Assembly: GCA_964562595.1 (NCBI GenBank)
Contig: CAZLUB010000003.1
Coordinates: 17,213-81,212, forward strand
Direction: 5' to 3'
Origin: an uncultured Muribaculum sp.
GTDB taxonomy: Bacteria > Bacteroidota > Bacteroidia > Bacteroidales > Muribaculaceae
Length of the DNA: 64,000 nucleotides
In this document: piece by piece, positions 1 to 9,778 of the stretch
Numbering within the stretch: the first letter of the stretch is position 1
Layout: the number at the start of each line of letters is the position of its first letter
Program-made: the position numbers and the translations under genes
The notes under the pieces: generated by a model
The model's database searches: none
What the model was told of the DNA's origin: nothing
What the model saw: only the letters and a program-made list of their open reading frames with translations

Positions 1-346
1 AGGCCAGTCCACTTGCATATCCGTTACGAGTTTTTATTACGGCGATGTTCCCTGAGAAGGCCAATGATAGTGCTGCATGGTGGTTGCTGGTTTGTGATGT
101 GCATGGGATATAGATTTCATCATCTATAAAGTGCTCTTCGCTTGGCTTTGTGATGATATATCGATATCCTCCAAGATCGTTGGCAACTTTGGTGGTACGC
201 AACATTTTTAGGTCTCGTGATAAAGTGGCTTGCGTGACAATGTGGCCACGGGCTGCAAGAAGCTTGGAAAGCTCGTCTTGGCTGCCAACGCAATGATTGG
301 TGAGAATGTCAAGAATGGTCTGTAGACGTAATTCCCTTTTTTTCAT
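1..346 (-). CDS. argR: Arginine repressor ArgR, N-terminal ~115 aa; the C-terminus runs off the left window edge
   Basis: Absent from the ORF track because there is no stop codon in the window. Hand translation from ATG 346..344 gives MKKRELRLQTILDILTNHCVGSQDELSKLLAARGHIVTQATLSRDLKMLRTTKV..., a winged-helix N-domain with the ArgR-type 'TQATLSRDL' segment. The frame stays open to base 1. Confidence 0.8.
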   Translation of the reverse strand, partial: MKKRELRLQTILDILTNHCVGSQDELSKLLAARGHIVTQATLSRDLKMLRTTKVANDLGGYRYIITKPSEEHFIDDEIYIPCTSQTSNHHAALSLAFSGNIAVIKTRNGYASGLA

Positions 347-384
347 TTTTCTCTATCTGATTAGTTGATTAATTGATGTATTAA

Positions 385-409
385 CTGCAAATTTATAGAA
401 AATATGCAG
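385..409. promoter_or_regulatory. Imperfect 25-bp palindrome overlapping the argR -7 box; candidate operator
   Basis: CTGCA (385-389) is complementary to TGCAG (405-409), and ATTT (391-394) to AAAT (400-403). Nine of 12 arm positions pair. Confidence 0.3.
388..395 (-). promoter_or_regulatory. -7 promoter box TAAATTTG (TAnnTTTG) for argR
   Basis: The + strand reads CAAATTTA. It lies 42 nt upstream of the argR ATG. Confidence 0.5.
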
Positions 410-716
410 AAATAACGATAAATTTTCTCAAAAATGATTGTTTGGATGTATAAGTGTAATCAAATGCGAGTAGCAAACAATCGTCGTCGAAAATTTTGGA
501 GAAAAATGTTTCGGTTAGTAATATCTTGTTGCACTAAATGTAAAAACACAAAACTATTTGCTCCATAAAATAAAATTCTGGGCAAATAGGATGTGATATG
601 TAGTAATTTTTGCATTGGTGCATCTTAAATTATATGCAAATATATAAATAAAAATGCAATTAAGAGAGTGCTAAAATGATATTTATGTTTAAGGATTAGT
701 TTATTTATTACAAATA

Positions 717-1943
717 TCAAAAGATTTTGTTGAAAATGAGGCGTGTCGCTCCGATGTTATTGTTTATATAGGATCCGGCAATAGAGCCTGAATGGGTTAG
801 CAAATTGGGTGTGTTGATGAGTTTATCAATGGTATTGATAAATGCAACTTTGCTATCGAAGGAGTATGCACCACCCAAATCAACAAGGTCTTTTGCTTCC
901 TTAAATTTATGGTGTTTGGGACCAAAAAGCACAGGAATGCCATATACGGCTGCTTCATTGATGTTGTGTATGCCGACTCCAAAACCACCACCTACATATG
1001 CGATGTTTCCGTATCGGTATGCACTAGCGAGTTTGCCAAAGCAATCAATTATAAGACATTCGCTCTGACGTGCTTCGTCAATGGTTGTAGTCGACAATCT
1101 CACGCTTGGTCGAGTAAGCATGCTCTCTATTTGTTGGATGCGTTGCTCGTTTACTTCATGGGGTGCAATAACCAATCGCAGTGACTTGTTTGCATTGAAA
1201 TAGGGCAATATCAATTCTTCATCGGGAATCCATGTGCTTCCGGCAACTATGGTAGTAGTCCCTTGGCTTGTCATTGCTGCAATTTCTGGTATTTCTTTGC
1301 TCCCGGCAAGTATGTCGGTTACTCTGTCAAAACGAGTGTCTCCGGCAACGGTGACATTGTTTATTCCAATTCCTGCCAGCAAAGTCATCGATGTTTGGTC
1401 TTGTACGAAAATGTGGTCGAAACATCGCAACATTGAACGGAACATACTGCCCCAGGGTTTGAAAAATGCTTGAGATGGGCGGAATATTGCAGAAATGATG
1501 TATGTCGGTATGTTTCTGCGGTGTAATTCTTGAAGATAGTTGCCCCAAAATTCATATTTTATGAAAATGGCCATTTCGGGGTGTAGCGCATCAATAAATT
1601 TATTGACGTTGCTTATTGTGTCAAATGGCATGTAGCACACTGCATCTACTAATGGGAAGTCATGTCGTACATCATAGCCTGAGGGTGAAAAGAACGAGAG
1701 GACTATCTTCTTTTCAGGTTTTTCTTTTTTGAGCATTTCAATGAGGGGGCGACCTTGCTCAAATTCGCCCAATGATGATGCGTGAATCCAAATGTATTTT
1801 TCATTTGGGTTGAGTTTGGAACGCAGATATTCAATTGCTTTGCTTTGTCCGTCAAGCATCTTGCGGGCTTTGTCGTTGCGACATGACACAATTTTGGCCC
1901 CCAGGCTGTATAAGCGTATAGCAAGATTGTAAAGCTGATTCAT
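717..1943 (-). CDS. waaA: 3-deoxy-D-manno-octulosonic acid (Kdo) transferase
   Basis: 408 aa. N-terminal 'IWIHASSLGEFEQGRPLIE' and C-terminal GT-B region 'GGGFGVGIHNINEAAVYGIPVLFGP' fit the KdtA/WaaA architecture. Confidence 0.85.
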   Translation of the reverse strand: MNQLYNLAIRLYSLGAKIVSCRNDKARKMLDGQSKAIEYLRSKLNPNEKYIWIHASSLGEFEQGRPLIEMLKKEKPEKKIVLSFFSPSGYDVRHDFPLVDAVCYMPFDTISNVNKFIDALHPEMAIFIKYEFWGNYLQELHRRNIPTYIISAIFRPSQAFFKPWGSMFRSMLRCFDHIFVQDQTSMTLLAGIGINNVTVAGDTRFDRVTDILAGSKEIPEIAAMTSQGTTTIVAGSTWIPDEELILPYFNANKSLRLVIAPHEVNEQRIQQIESMLTRPSVRLSTTTIDEARQSECLIIDCFGKLASAYRYGNIAYVGGGFGVGIHNINEAAVYGIPVLFGPKHHKFKEAKDLVDLGGAYSFDSKVAFINTIDKLINTPNLLTHSGSIAGSYINNNIGATRLIFNKIF

Positions 1944-2009
1944 CTGTGGTAGTCGTCGTTACGTGCACCGATAGGGAAGAGACGCAGTGCTTTTGGGGGT
2001 TGGCTATGT

Positions 2010-3536
2010 TTAGATGGTAATTTTCTCTATGCCTTTGATGATGCGCTTGATGGTTTCTTCTTTGCCCATCAACTCGGTTATGTCAAACATGTGTGGGCCT
2101 TTGCATTCTCCAACTACTGTCAGGCGGAATGCATTCATGACGTTGCCCATGTGATAACCTTTGTCGGTAATCCAACCTAATACGATTGGTTCAGCAGAAG
2201 AGCTTGAGAAGTCTTCAATAGATTGAAGCACTTCGATGAGCTCACCCATGATTCTTGGAGTGTCTTCATTCCAACGTTTTTTTACAGCTTTGGCGTCATA
2301 TTCGGTAGGTGCGCTAAAGAAAAATTTAGCTTGCTCCCATAGGTCTCTTACGAAATAGATGCGTCCTTTTACCATGCCAACGGCGCGAGTGATGTATTCA
2401 TCGCTATATGATTCGGGACTGATGCCATGCTCTTTCAATATGGGTTTGAATAATGTGGCAAGGTCATTGTCAGGTAAATTTTGCAGATATTCGTGGTTGA
2501 ACCATTTCCCTTTTTCGTAGTCAAATTTAGCTCCTGATTTTGAGCAATGGTTTAAAGAGAATTTAGCAATGAGTTGCTCCATCGTCATTATTTCGCTGTC
2601 ATCGCCAGGATTCCAACCGAGTAAGGCAAGGAAGTTAACAACTGCTTCGGGAAGATATCCTGACTCGCGATAGCCCGATGATATTTCCCCACTCTTGGGA
2701 TCATGCCATTCGAGTGGAAATACGGGGAATCCCAATCGATCTCCATCGCGTTTGCTGAGTTTGCCTTTGCCGTCAGGTTTTAACAAAAGAGGCAGATGGA
2801 CAAATTCCGGTGCCGTGTCGCTCCACCCAAAAGCTTCATATAAGAGTACGTGCAATGGTGCAGATGGAAGCCATTCTTCACCGCGAATTACATGAGTCAC
2901 TTCCATCAAGTGGTCATCGACAATGTTGGCCAAATGGTATGTTGGCAGGTCATCGGCACTTTTGTAAAGTACTTTGTCGTCGAGGACTGATGAGTTTATG
3001 GTTACGACACCTCTTATCAAGTCGTTGACTTGTACGTTGTGTCCAGCTTCGATTTTGAATCGCACTACATATTGTGCGCCCTTAGCTAAGAGACGGTCGA
3101 CTTCGTCTTTTGGCAACGAGAGTGAATTGCGCATTGACATACGTGTTGATGCATCATATTGGAAGTTGGGTGTCGATGCGCGACGTTCTTCAAGCTCTGC
3201 AGGAGTGTCAAATGCATAATAAGCTTTGCCATTGTCAAGCAACACTTGTACGTACTTGCGATAGATGTCGCGGCGTTCACTCTGCTTATATGGCCCATAA
3301 TTGCCTCCTTCGCGGACACCTTCATCGATTTTTATGCCCAACCACGCCAAAGCCTCGTTGATATATTCTTCGGCTCCGGGGACAAATCGCTGAGAGTCGG
3401 TGTCTTCAATACGAAGTATCATCTCTCCGCCATGTTGGCGAGCATATAAATAGTTGTATAATGCGGTGCGAACTCCACCGATATGCAAAGGCCCGGTAGG
3501 TGATGGGGCAAATCTAACTCTTACTTTACGTTCCAT
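2010..3536 (-). CDS. gltX: Glutamate--tRNA ligase
   Basis: 508 aa. Class I motifs '[11 protein letters not shown]' (HIGH) and 'KLSKR' (KMSKS). Confidence 0.95.
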   Translation of the reverse strand: MERKVRVRFAPSPTGPLHIGGVRTALYNYLYARQHGGEMILRIEDTDSQRFVPGAEEYINEALAWLGIKIDEGVREGGNYGPYKQSERRDIYRKYVQVLLDNGKAYYAFDTPAELEERRASTPNFQYDASTRMSMRNSLSLPKDEVDRLLAKGAQYVVRFKIEAGHNVQVNDLIRGVVTINSSVLDDKVLYKSADDLPTYHLANIVDDHLMEVTHVIRGEEWLPSAPLHVLLYEAFGWSDTAPEFVHLPLLLKPDGKGKLSKRDGDRLGFPVFPLEWHDPKSGEISSGYRESGYLPEAVVNFLALLGWNPGDDSEIMTMEQLIAKFSLNHCSKSGAKFDYEKGKWFNHEYLQNLPDNDLATLFKPILKEHGISPESYSDEYITRAVGMVKGRIYFVRDLWEQAKFFFSAPTEYDAKAVKKRWNEDTPRIMGELIEVLQSIEDFSSSSAEPIVLGWITDKGYHMGNVMNAFRLTVVGECKGPHMFDITELMGKEETIKRIIKGIEKITI

Positions 3537-3563
3537 TGCTACTTATGTCAATAAAAATCGTTG

Positions 3564-3571
3564 CAAAGTTA
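3564..3571 (-). promoter_or_regulatory. -7 box TAACTTTG for gltX
   Basis: The + strand reads CAAAGTTA, 28 nt upstream of the ATG at 3536. Confidence 0.5.
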
Positions 3572-3671
3572 CTATTTTATTTTGACATATTATAAATCGA
3601 GTCGGCATAAGATTCTATGGCTCATCTAAAATGCTTGACGAATGTTATTTGTCGCTTGTGGAGAAATGACT

Positions 3672-5192
3672 TTAATGAGGATTGGCGGTTTCAACGTGGT
3701 ATATTATGGCATTGACCTCGCCGTGCCGTTGAGAGATTTGTTGGACAAACTTTTGGTCAAAATTGGTGTAAATTCCGGTGCGAGATGCATCGAGACCTTT
3801 GCCATTGGCATATTGTATATACACGTTGTCGGTAAATATAGGAAGATATTCAGGTTGTGATGCATTGACGTTGAGCAAATAGTAGGTGGAACGGTCAAAT
3901 ATATTGTTGCGTATAGAAAAGTTGGTTGCAATGTTGTAGTGAGTCCATGATTTTATGTGGGCCGGAGTTTCTTTGTCGGGGCGTTGTTTGCCCCAACCTT
4001 CTCCGGCTCTACGCATTATGTTGTTGATAATAGATACGTTTTTCATTGAGTGGTGTATGCTGTCAATAGGTGATTTGCCAAGGAAATACTCAATGGAATA
4101 CACACAATCCTCTATGAGATTGTTAGAGTAAGTTATGTTATGCATTTTTAAAGGTGTCGCAGAGTTCCCTTGGTGTTGGTGGGTTATGGCTGCGTCATAT
4201 ATCTGATATATATAGCAGTTATCGACTAAGAACGAGTCGCAACCTCCATATATTTCAATCGCATTGCCATATCTGGTGGGATGATTCCGTCCGAAGATGT
4301 TTGTTGCTTGTATAGAGCCTCCTATCCAGCCCAGTTCGCAATTAGTTACAGATAGCCCTTTGGCTGTACCGCATCCTATGCCGTGAGACCCTCCATACAT
4401 TATGCACAGATTGTCGATGGTTACACTGTCGGTGGCTTGCATTATATTGCCTTTAACAAGCAGTTCTATTGATTTAAAACGTTTTGCAGGATTGCCTTTT
4501 TTAGAATAGAGATATACGCGTTTGGTATTTTCATAGTCGTGATAAAAATCTAAGTCACGTTTCAGATCTTGGTAGTTGGCAAAGGCTTCGTGGGTCTCGA
4601 TGTGTATTGTAGAGCCATCGTCTTGGGTGATTTTCATTACTTTGAATGCACAATCTTTGCCGTGGTTAAACACTAAGGTGCCTATGTCATCGGATATTTC
4701 GCTGTCGTAGACATATATATTAGGGACTTCGGTCTGTACCCATTTGCCATTTTTTGCGGCATCACATGGCGAGCCGAATATTTTAGGCTTATTGCCTTTG
4801 CCATAGGCCGAGTAGGTGACACCTTTGCGGCAACGTATGTGTCCTCGCCATAATCCTCCGCGACGAAACATTACAGCATCGCCACTATTGAGTTGTAGAG
4901 AATTGACTTTGCTGATGCTTTTTATTGGTGTTTTGGGGGTGAGGCCGTCATTGAGATCATTTCCGTTGGTGGCGACATAATATATCGTGCCTGACACCTC
5001 AACTTCCGTTTTGGTTTTGCGTATGTTCTTTTTTATTTTCTTGGCGCGTTTGTCGAGAGTGCGAATGTATTTTTCTGCATTTGGTTGTTGTGCATAGATG
5101 TTTCCAACGGGAAAAATTGCGATAGCTGCCATTATGGAAATTATGATGATAGAGATGTGGAGCTTTGCGCAATTCCAATGTCGATTATTCAT
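3672..5192 (-). CDS. Secreted right-handed parallel beta-helix repeat protein (pectate-lyase fold), function unknown
   Basis: 506 aa with an N-terminal hydrophobic signal or anchor. Recurring PbH1-like turns: 'ITYSNNLIEDC', 'VSIINNIMRRAG', 'FSIRNNIFDRS'. Confidence 0.6.
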   Translation of the reverse strand: MNNRHWNCAKLHISIIIISIMAAIAIFPVGNIYAQQPNAEKYIRTLDKRAKKIKKNIRKTKTEVEVSGTIYYVATNGNDLNDGLTPKTPIKSISKVNSLQLNSGDAVMFRRGGLWRGHIRCRKGVTYSAYGKGNKPKIFGSPCDAAKNGKWVQTEVPNIYVYDSEISDDIGTLVFNHGKDCAFKVMKITQDDGSTIHIETHEAFANYQDLKRDLDFYHDYENTKRVYLYSKKGNPAKRFKSIELLVKGNIMQATDSVTIDNLCIMYGGSHGIGCGTAKGLSVTNCELGWIGGSIQATNIFGRNHPTRYGNAIEIYGGCDSFLVDNCYIYQIYDAAITHQHQGNSATPLKMHNITYSNNLIEDCVYSIEYFLGKSPIDSIHHSMKNVSIINNIMRRAGEGWGKQRPDKETPAHIKSWTHYNIATNFSIRNNIFDRSTYYLLNVNASQPEYLPIFTDNVYIQYANGKGLDASRTGIYTNFDQKFVQQISQRHGEVNAIIYHVETANPH

Positions 5193-5213
5193 GGCCGCTT
5201 AAAGTTGAGGTAA

Positions 5214-5221
5214 CAAAGTTA
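5214..5221 (-). promoter_or_regulatory. -7 box TAACTTTG for the beta-helix gene
   Basis: The + strand reads CAAAGTTA, 22 nt upstream of the ATG at 5192. Confidence 0.5.
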
Positions 5222-5235
5222 GTTATATAATGTAA

Positions 5236-6000
5236 TTAATCACCGGTGTAAAAGCATCTGACTTTGCCAATAGGCAGTTTTCCTTCGAGACGTATAGGGA
5301 TGCGCCGATTGTCTGCTGATATCCAACAATTCATGTCGTCAGACGATTTTTTCTTGCCGTCGGTCGTAAAGGAGAAACTTACTCGGTGAGTCGCCCAATC
5401 GCGGCCGTCAATCTCCGTGGTGGTTCTGCCAAGGTATTTTATTCTAAGTAGTTCTGACTTTTTACCTGAAAATATATTGACTGTCAGTTCCTCGCCTTGT
5501 TGCATTGAGTAAAAGTCGAGAGTGCGTAAATAGTAAAATACTGACAGCATGTCAAATGTAGCTCCAGTAGCGGTTATGGTGGTAGTGGCAATTGTGGGAG
5601 GCTTGTCTTTCTTTTGACGCTTTCGAGTGGCATATCCCGTTACGATGTCGCCTATCCGAGAATATTCCACTACGTCAAGGCTGTAATTGCCATCTTCGTG
5701 GGCAATCTTTTCATAATGTGTTGCTATGAGTCCATCGACCTGCATGGTCGATAGCAATGTGTCGCGGACGCTATAGAAATGGTCGGCCCATGGCTCTGTG
5801 CGAGCTACGAGCGATGCGTTATAATTTGTGCCGTCGTTGCGGAGCGATAGTGTGGCGCGTCCGGCTTGTTTGTTTATTAGCCCCCATTTATACATTACTT
5901 TGTACGACAAGTCCTCATCGGGAAGGGTTAGAGCAGTCAGTTGCGACCATGTCGAAGATAGTAGGACTATGAGTATTGTTAATGGTTTTAGAATGTTCAT
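5236..6000 (-). CDS. DUF3108-like secreted protein
   Basis: 254 aa with a signal peptide. 'YKVMYKWGLINKQAGRATLSL' resembles the DUF3108 N-terminal pattern as I remember it; not verified by search. Confidence 0.55.
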   Translation of the reverse strand: MNILKPLTILIVLLSSTWSQLTALTLPDEDLSYKVMYKWGLINKQAGRATLSLRNDGTNYNASLVARTEPWADHFYSVRDTLLSTMQVDGLIATHYEKIAHEDGNYSLDVVEYSRIGDIVTGYATRKRQKKDKPPTIATTTITATGATFDMLSVFYYLRTLDFYSMQQGEELTVNIFSGKKSELLRIKYLGRTTTEIDGRDWATHRVSFSFTTDGKKKSSDDMNCWISADNRRIPIRLEGKLPIGKVRCFYTGD

Positions 6001-6043
6001 AGCTGAATCTTTTTATATTTTGACTGCCGTAAAATGCAAAGGA

Positions 6044-6490
6044 TTAATCCAATGCAATTTTGACACACAACTTGCGGTGTATGCCGGTGCCTATACACGG
6101 AGCATGAGCGTCTTCGGGAAACAAGATGACATATTGTCCTGGCAATATCGGTATGTAGCATTGTGGCGCATCTCCATAAAACTCAATGTCTCGTTCCGAA
6201 TCGTAGGCATGTATACGATTTTTTAAGTCGCATATGGGAGACCATCCGATAGTTTCTTCTCCGGAAATGGGTACATGTATGTCGGCATAGCGACGGTGGG
6301 CTTCAAGCAATTGTTTTTCACGAGCAACCATTCCCACTTCTTCATAGTTTACTTTTATGCGAGTGGGTATGATTTCGATTGTGCCTTTTGTGAATTGGTC
6401 GCTACGATGTTGTGCAATCCATTCGAGGGCAGTGTGTAAATCCTCATTCAGCGCCAGATGGCATCTGTCGTTAATGTTTCCTATAATCAT
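6044..6490 (-). CDS. YhcH/YjgK/YiaL family protein (DUF386)
   Basis: Start moved from the track's 6562 to ATG 6490 (MIIGNINDRC...), which parallels E. coli YiaL MIFGHI.... The core 'EAHRRYADIHVPISGEETIGW' fits the family. The shorter start removes the overlap with tdk. Confidence 0.7.
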   Translation of the reverse strand: MIIGNINDRCHLALNEDLHTALEWIAQHRSDQFTKGTIEIIPTRIKVNYEEVGMVAREKQLLEAHRRYADIHVPISGEETIGWSPICDLKNRIHAYDSERDIEFYGDAPQCYIPILPGQYVILFPEDAHAPCIGTGIHRKLCVKIALD

Positions 6491-6554
6491 AGATTTTGCC
6501 AAAGTGTGTTGAGTCTTGTTATATAGAGATATTGTAGTAGTGGGTAAGCGGTGT

Positions 6555-7178
6555 TCAGTCAAAAGGCAATGAGTCGCGATGAGATTGTTCTATGCGTTTG
6601 TTGCGCCAGCATTTGCGACACACTGCTATGTAACGGTCGTCACCTCCTATTTCTACTTGTGCGCCTTCTTGAACGAAGTCTCCGTTGGCATCGATACGGG
6701 CATTGACTATGGTTTTTCGTCCGCATGTGCATGTCGATTTTATCTCGTCGATGGTGTCGGCTATCTCGAATAAGCGACGAGATCCTTCAAACAGGCGAGT
6801 CTTGAAATCTGTGCGTAAGCCATAGCATATCACATTACTACCATAGTCATCGACAATGCGTGCTAGTTGATCGACCTGCTCTGGGGTGAGGAATTGTGCC
6901 TCATCGATGAGAAACCAGTCTATTACCGTCATTGTCTGTTCAAACAACTCTTGTGCCATGACATAAAGGTCTGTGTCATTGTATATCCATTGACATTCGC
7001 GCTGTATGCCGATGCGTGAACGTATGACATTCTCGCGTTCACGGGTGTCAATTACCGGTTTTAGACACACGTATCTCATCCCGCGCTCCTCAAAATTGTA
7101 GGCGGTGGTCAGCAATAGGGCAGTTTTGGCTGAACCCATAGTGCCATATCGGAAATATAGCTTCCCTTTTCTGTTCAT
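6555..7178 (-). CDS. tdk: Thymidine kinase
   Basis: P-loop 'GTMGSAKT' and C-terminal Cys pairs 'CTCGRK...CRKCW'. The start is set at ATG 7178 (MNRKGKLYF...) because a -7 box sits at 7208-7215, inside the longer track ORF. Confidence 0.9.
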   Translation of the reverse strand: MNRKGKLYFRYGTMGSAKTALLLTTAYNFEERGMRYVCLKPVIDTRERENVIRSRIGIQRECQWIYNDTDLYVMAQELFEQTMTVIDWFLIDEAQFLTPEQVDQLARIVDDYGSNVICYGLRTDFKTRLFEGSRRLFEIADTIDEIKSTCTCGRKTIVNARIDANGDFVQEGAQVEIGGDDRYIAVCRKCWRNKRIEQSHRDSLPFD

Positions 7179-7207
7179 AGCAAGGCTTTTTCTGAAAAAT
7201 GTGTCAG

Positions 7208-7215
7208 CAAAGATA
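7208..7215 (-). promoter_or_regulatory. -7 box TATCTTTG, proximal tdk promoter
   Basis: The + strand reads CAAAGATA, 30 nt upstream of ATG 7178. Confidence 0.5.
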
Positions 7216-7240
7216 CGAACAAAGGCTGAATTAAACAACG

Positions 7241-7269
7241 GAAAACTTAAAACCGAGCCTGCTTGGCTC
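7241..7269 (-). terminator. Short hairpin plus U-rich tail upstream of the tdk promoter
   Basis: Minus strand reads GAGCC-aagca-GGCTC followed by GGTTTTAAGTTTT. Confidence 0.3.
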
Positions 7270-7340
7270 TCCAATAGGAGTTGTTGAAATTGTTTAAAAT
7301 GGAAAGTGGTAAAAGTTTAGGTAAGGGAGTGTGTTAATAA

Positions 7341-7367
7341 AGTCACATCAAAAGCGTCGATGTGACT
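7341..7367 (-). terminator. 9-bp hairpin (AGTCACATC/GATGTGACT) followed on the minus strand by TTATTAA
   Basis: Arms at 7341-7349 and 7359-7367 with a 9-nt loop. It lies about 40 nt downstream of the distal -7 box at 7409-7416. Confidence 0.35.
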
Positions 7368-7408
7368 ATTGATAGTAGTAAATAAAGAGTCGGATTTTAA
7401 ATGATTGG

Positions 7409-7416
7409 CAAAGTTA
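7409..7416 (-). promoter_or_regulatory. Distal or orphan -7 box TAACTTTG in the GH127-tdk spacer
   Basis: The + strand reads CAAAGTTA. No credible ORF start lies within 120 nt downstream. Confidence 0.4.
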
Positions 7417-7524
7417 GTGTGCTTATGCAGTTAGCCCCATTTATTGTTTAGACTTAAATCTCTGAATATTAAAGTTTTGATTTTGAGGTTAGTAAATTAT
7501 AACAGGCCTATCTGATATCGTTTT

Positions 7525-7563
7525 AACAATGGGGATGCTGACCGAGTCCGCATCCCCATTGTT
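7525..7563 (-). terminator. 14-bp hairpin downstream of the GH127-like gene
   Basis: AACAATGGGGATGC (7525-7538) is complementary to GCATCCCCATTGTT (7550-7563), with an 11-nt loop. It lies 35 nt past the stop at 7598. There is no strong U tract. Confidence 0.6.
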
Positions 7564-7597
7564 ATTGGATATAGTTGTATTTATGTGTAAAATCAAC

Positions 7598-9640
7598 TTA
7601 TCGAATGACCGGAATTGCCGAGATGCGCAGACGTGCACCACCCATCGGCACCAACACAAGGTCGGTGATTGGGGAAGTGGAGGTCACCGGGCTTTCAGGC
7701 AAAATGCCACATAGTTTATATTGGTCTAAACCCCATGCCGGAATCTGTCGGCCTTTGGCTTTAAGGCGTATTGGGGCGGCGTCGTTGGTAAATGGATAGT
7801 TGTCGGTCGGATATGCTGATTTCTCGACGATGAATTGGCTTTCAAGACTTTTTGTCGGGTCATAAATCAAGCCGTAGTTCCAATCTGATGCCGGATGTAT
7901 CTCCCATGAAGGCCATGCTTCAGCATCGGCATTTTCTTGCCAACGAGAGTCGTGAATGGCAGTTGAGATTGAACTTTTTTTAATGTAGTTTTCTTTGATT
8001 AACAACGAGAATGTGAGTGGACCATAATTGATTGAAATGCTGTTTTTGTTTTTTGCCCATTGACGTATCGACAATTGCATGGGAAGTGAAAGCTCTACCA
8101 AGTCACCTTTGCTCCATTTGCGTGATATTTTGATGTAATTGCCTTGTGTCTCTGAAGTGATGGGTATTTCGTTGCCGTTGATTTTTACAGTAGCTTTTTT
8201 GCACCATGCAGGCACGCGCAGATATAGAGGGAAGGAGACTGACTTGGCCGGGTCTACCGATAGTCGCACTACTTCTTCAAACGGGTAGTTGCTTTGCATC
8301 TTTAATGTCACGCCCACTTTTTTGCCCACTAAGGCGTTGATGGTGGCGGCTCCATATAGATTGGTCATCAATCCGTTGTCGTTGGTGGCCATCACCATGT
8401 TGCCGATGTAATAGGGAAGCCCATGTGAATGATTGTGTTGGCAACAACGGCTGCTGAATGGATTCATCATTAAGAAAGGGCCAGCGTTTTGGATGCCCGG
8501 GCTGTGATTTTCGCCATCGGCCATCACCATGTTGGGAGATGTGATATAACGCAATGCTTTCATGTCGGGAGTGAATGCGGCAAGGTAGCTGTTAAACATC
8601 ACGTCTTCGCAATTGTCAGCCCAGAAGGTGTCGCCGGTAATTCGCGTCATAATTCCATCTGAGGTCATCTGTTCGGCAAAACCGCATGTCTCTGTGCCTT
8701 GTCGAGGATCGTCATAACCTTTGCGTGCATTCTCATCGGCTCCAAACATTCCGCCGGGAACTTGCCCATAAATATCGCGTATGTGATTGTGGACGAAGTA
8801 GGAGGCGTCGGTGTGGGCTTTGTTTTTTGATTGCATGGCATAAGTAGCCGGTTGGCGGAAACACTGTGCTATATTTACGTTGTGCCAGTTGGGTAGAGTG
8901 CCTTCCATTTTCCAGTTGGCTGTGCATCGGTCGAGTTTGGTGGCGAGGTCAAGTAGCCATTTCTTGCCGGTGATGTTATATAGCCAGTAGACGCTGTAGA
9001 GGTTGTCGCCGCCTCTCATGTTTTCCCAATAGGAAGCTATGATTTTATCGTCGGGTTGTTGCAATTCAAATTCAAAGTAGCGAGTCATGAAATCGATAAT
9101 TCGCTTGTCGCCGGTAGCTTCATAATAATTTTGCAACGTGAACAACACGAGCATGTTGGGCCAATAGTCGTTGCATCCCTTGTTGTTGAGTACGACAGGT
9201 CCAAACCAACCGTCGGCTCGTTGGGATGATAGTATCGCATCAATCCATAGCATCGTCTCGGCTTTCATCTGTTCATCATTGAGCATGAATGCCATATCGG
9301 AATATCCGCGAAGCCAATATGGCACTTCTTCCCAACCGGCATGGCCTTCTGTCTCAAGCCATGCATTGCCTTTTTTTGTGAGCCAAGCACTGATTTTTCC
9401 GAGATGTCCTGCAAGACCATCGCGTTGACGGTTTAATACTTCTCCGAGCCAACCTTCGGCTTTGACGGCACCGAGAGGTAGCTTCAAGAATGCTGCCGGT
9501 GCTAAAGGAGCCCGATTACTTGTGTAGTTTGTGCTTTTGCTTTCTAAATCCGGAGTGTCAACTACCGACACTTCTACTTTTTGCGCCAACATGCTGAAGC
9601 CAACAAAAGTTATTAATGTCGCAAGAATCGTTTTTTTCAT
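7598..9640 (-). CDS. Glycoside hydrolase family 127/146-like (beta-L-arabinofuranosidase type, DUF1680), secreted
   Basis: Start set at ATG 9640 (MKKTILATLITFVGFSMLAQ, a signal peptide). An E-x-C motif ('GTETCGF') and a CC motif ('SSRCCQHNH') lie about 80 aa apart. This mirrors the Glu/Cys...Cys-Cys zinc and catalytic arrangement known for GH127 HypBA1. Confidence 0.65.
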   Translation of the reverse strand: MKKTILATLITFVGFSMLAQKVEVSVVDTPDLESKSTNYTSNRAPLAPAAFLKLPLGAVKAEGWLGEVLNRQRDGLAGHLGKISAWLTKKGNAWLETEGHAGWEEVPYWLRGYSDMAFMLNDEQMKAETMLWIDAILSSQRADGWFGPVVLNNKGCNDYWPNMLVLFTLQNYYEATGDKRIIDFMTRYFEFELQQPDDKIIASYWENMRGGDNLYSVYWLYNITGKKWLLDLATKLDRCTANWKMEGTLPNWHNVNIAQCFRQPATYAMQSKNKAHTDASYFVHNHIRDIYGQVPGGMFGADENARKGYDDPRQGTETCGFAEQMTSDGIMTRITGDTFWADNCEDVMFNSYLAAFTPDMKALRYITSPNMVMADGENHSPGIQNAGPFLMMNPFSSRCCQHNHSHGLPYYIGNMVMATNDNGLMTNLYGAATINALVGKKVGVTLKMQSNYPFEEVVRLSVDPAKSVSFPLYLRVPAWCKKATVKINGNEIPITSETQGNYIKISRKWSKGDLVELSLPMQLSIRQWAKNKNSISINYGPLTFSLLIKENYIKKSSISTAIHDSRWQENADAEAWPSWEIHPASDWNYGLIYDPTKSLESQFIVEKSAYPTDNYPFTNDAAPIRLKAKGRQIPAWGLDQYKLCGILPESPVTSTSPITDLVLVPMGGARLRISAIPVIR

Positions 9641-9778
9641 GATTTTTATGGTTGAAAAGTATGATTGATTTGTATGATAAGAATGTATATGAGTATATTG
9701 ACCCATGGAGTAGATTTCAAACACAGAGGGGAAGCGTATAGCTCCCCTCTGTGTGTATTGCTTCACAACGCCTTGGCG

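Noticed and set aside
434-568. 44-aa Arg/Cys-rich ORF (MIVWMYKCNQMRVANNRRRKFWRKMFRLVISCCTKCKNTKLFAP) in the argR-waaA spacer
   Set aside because: There is no promoter box upstream on the + strand. It sits in AT-rich intergenic sequence where such ORFs arise by chance, and I recognise no family.
7179-7274. 32-codon N-terminal extension of tdk (track start 7274)
   Set aside because: The extension contains the proximal -7 box and a terminator-like hairpin. Thymidine kinases begin just before the P-loop, as the ATG 7178 product does.
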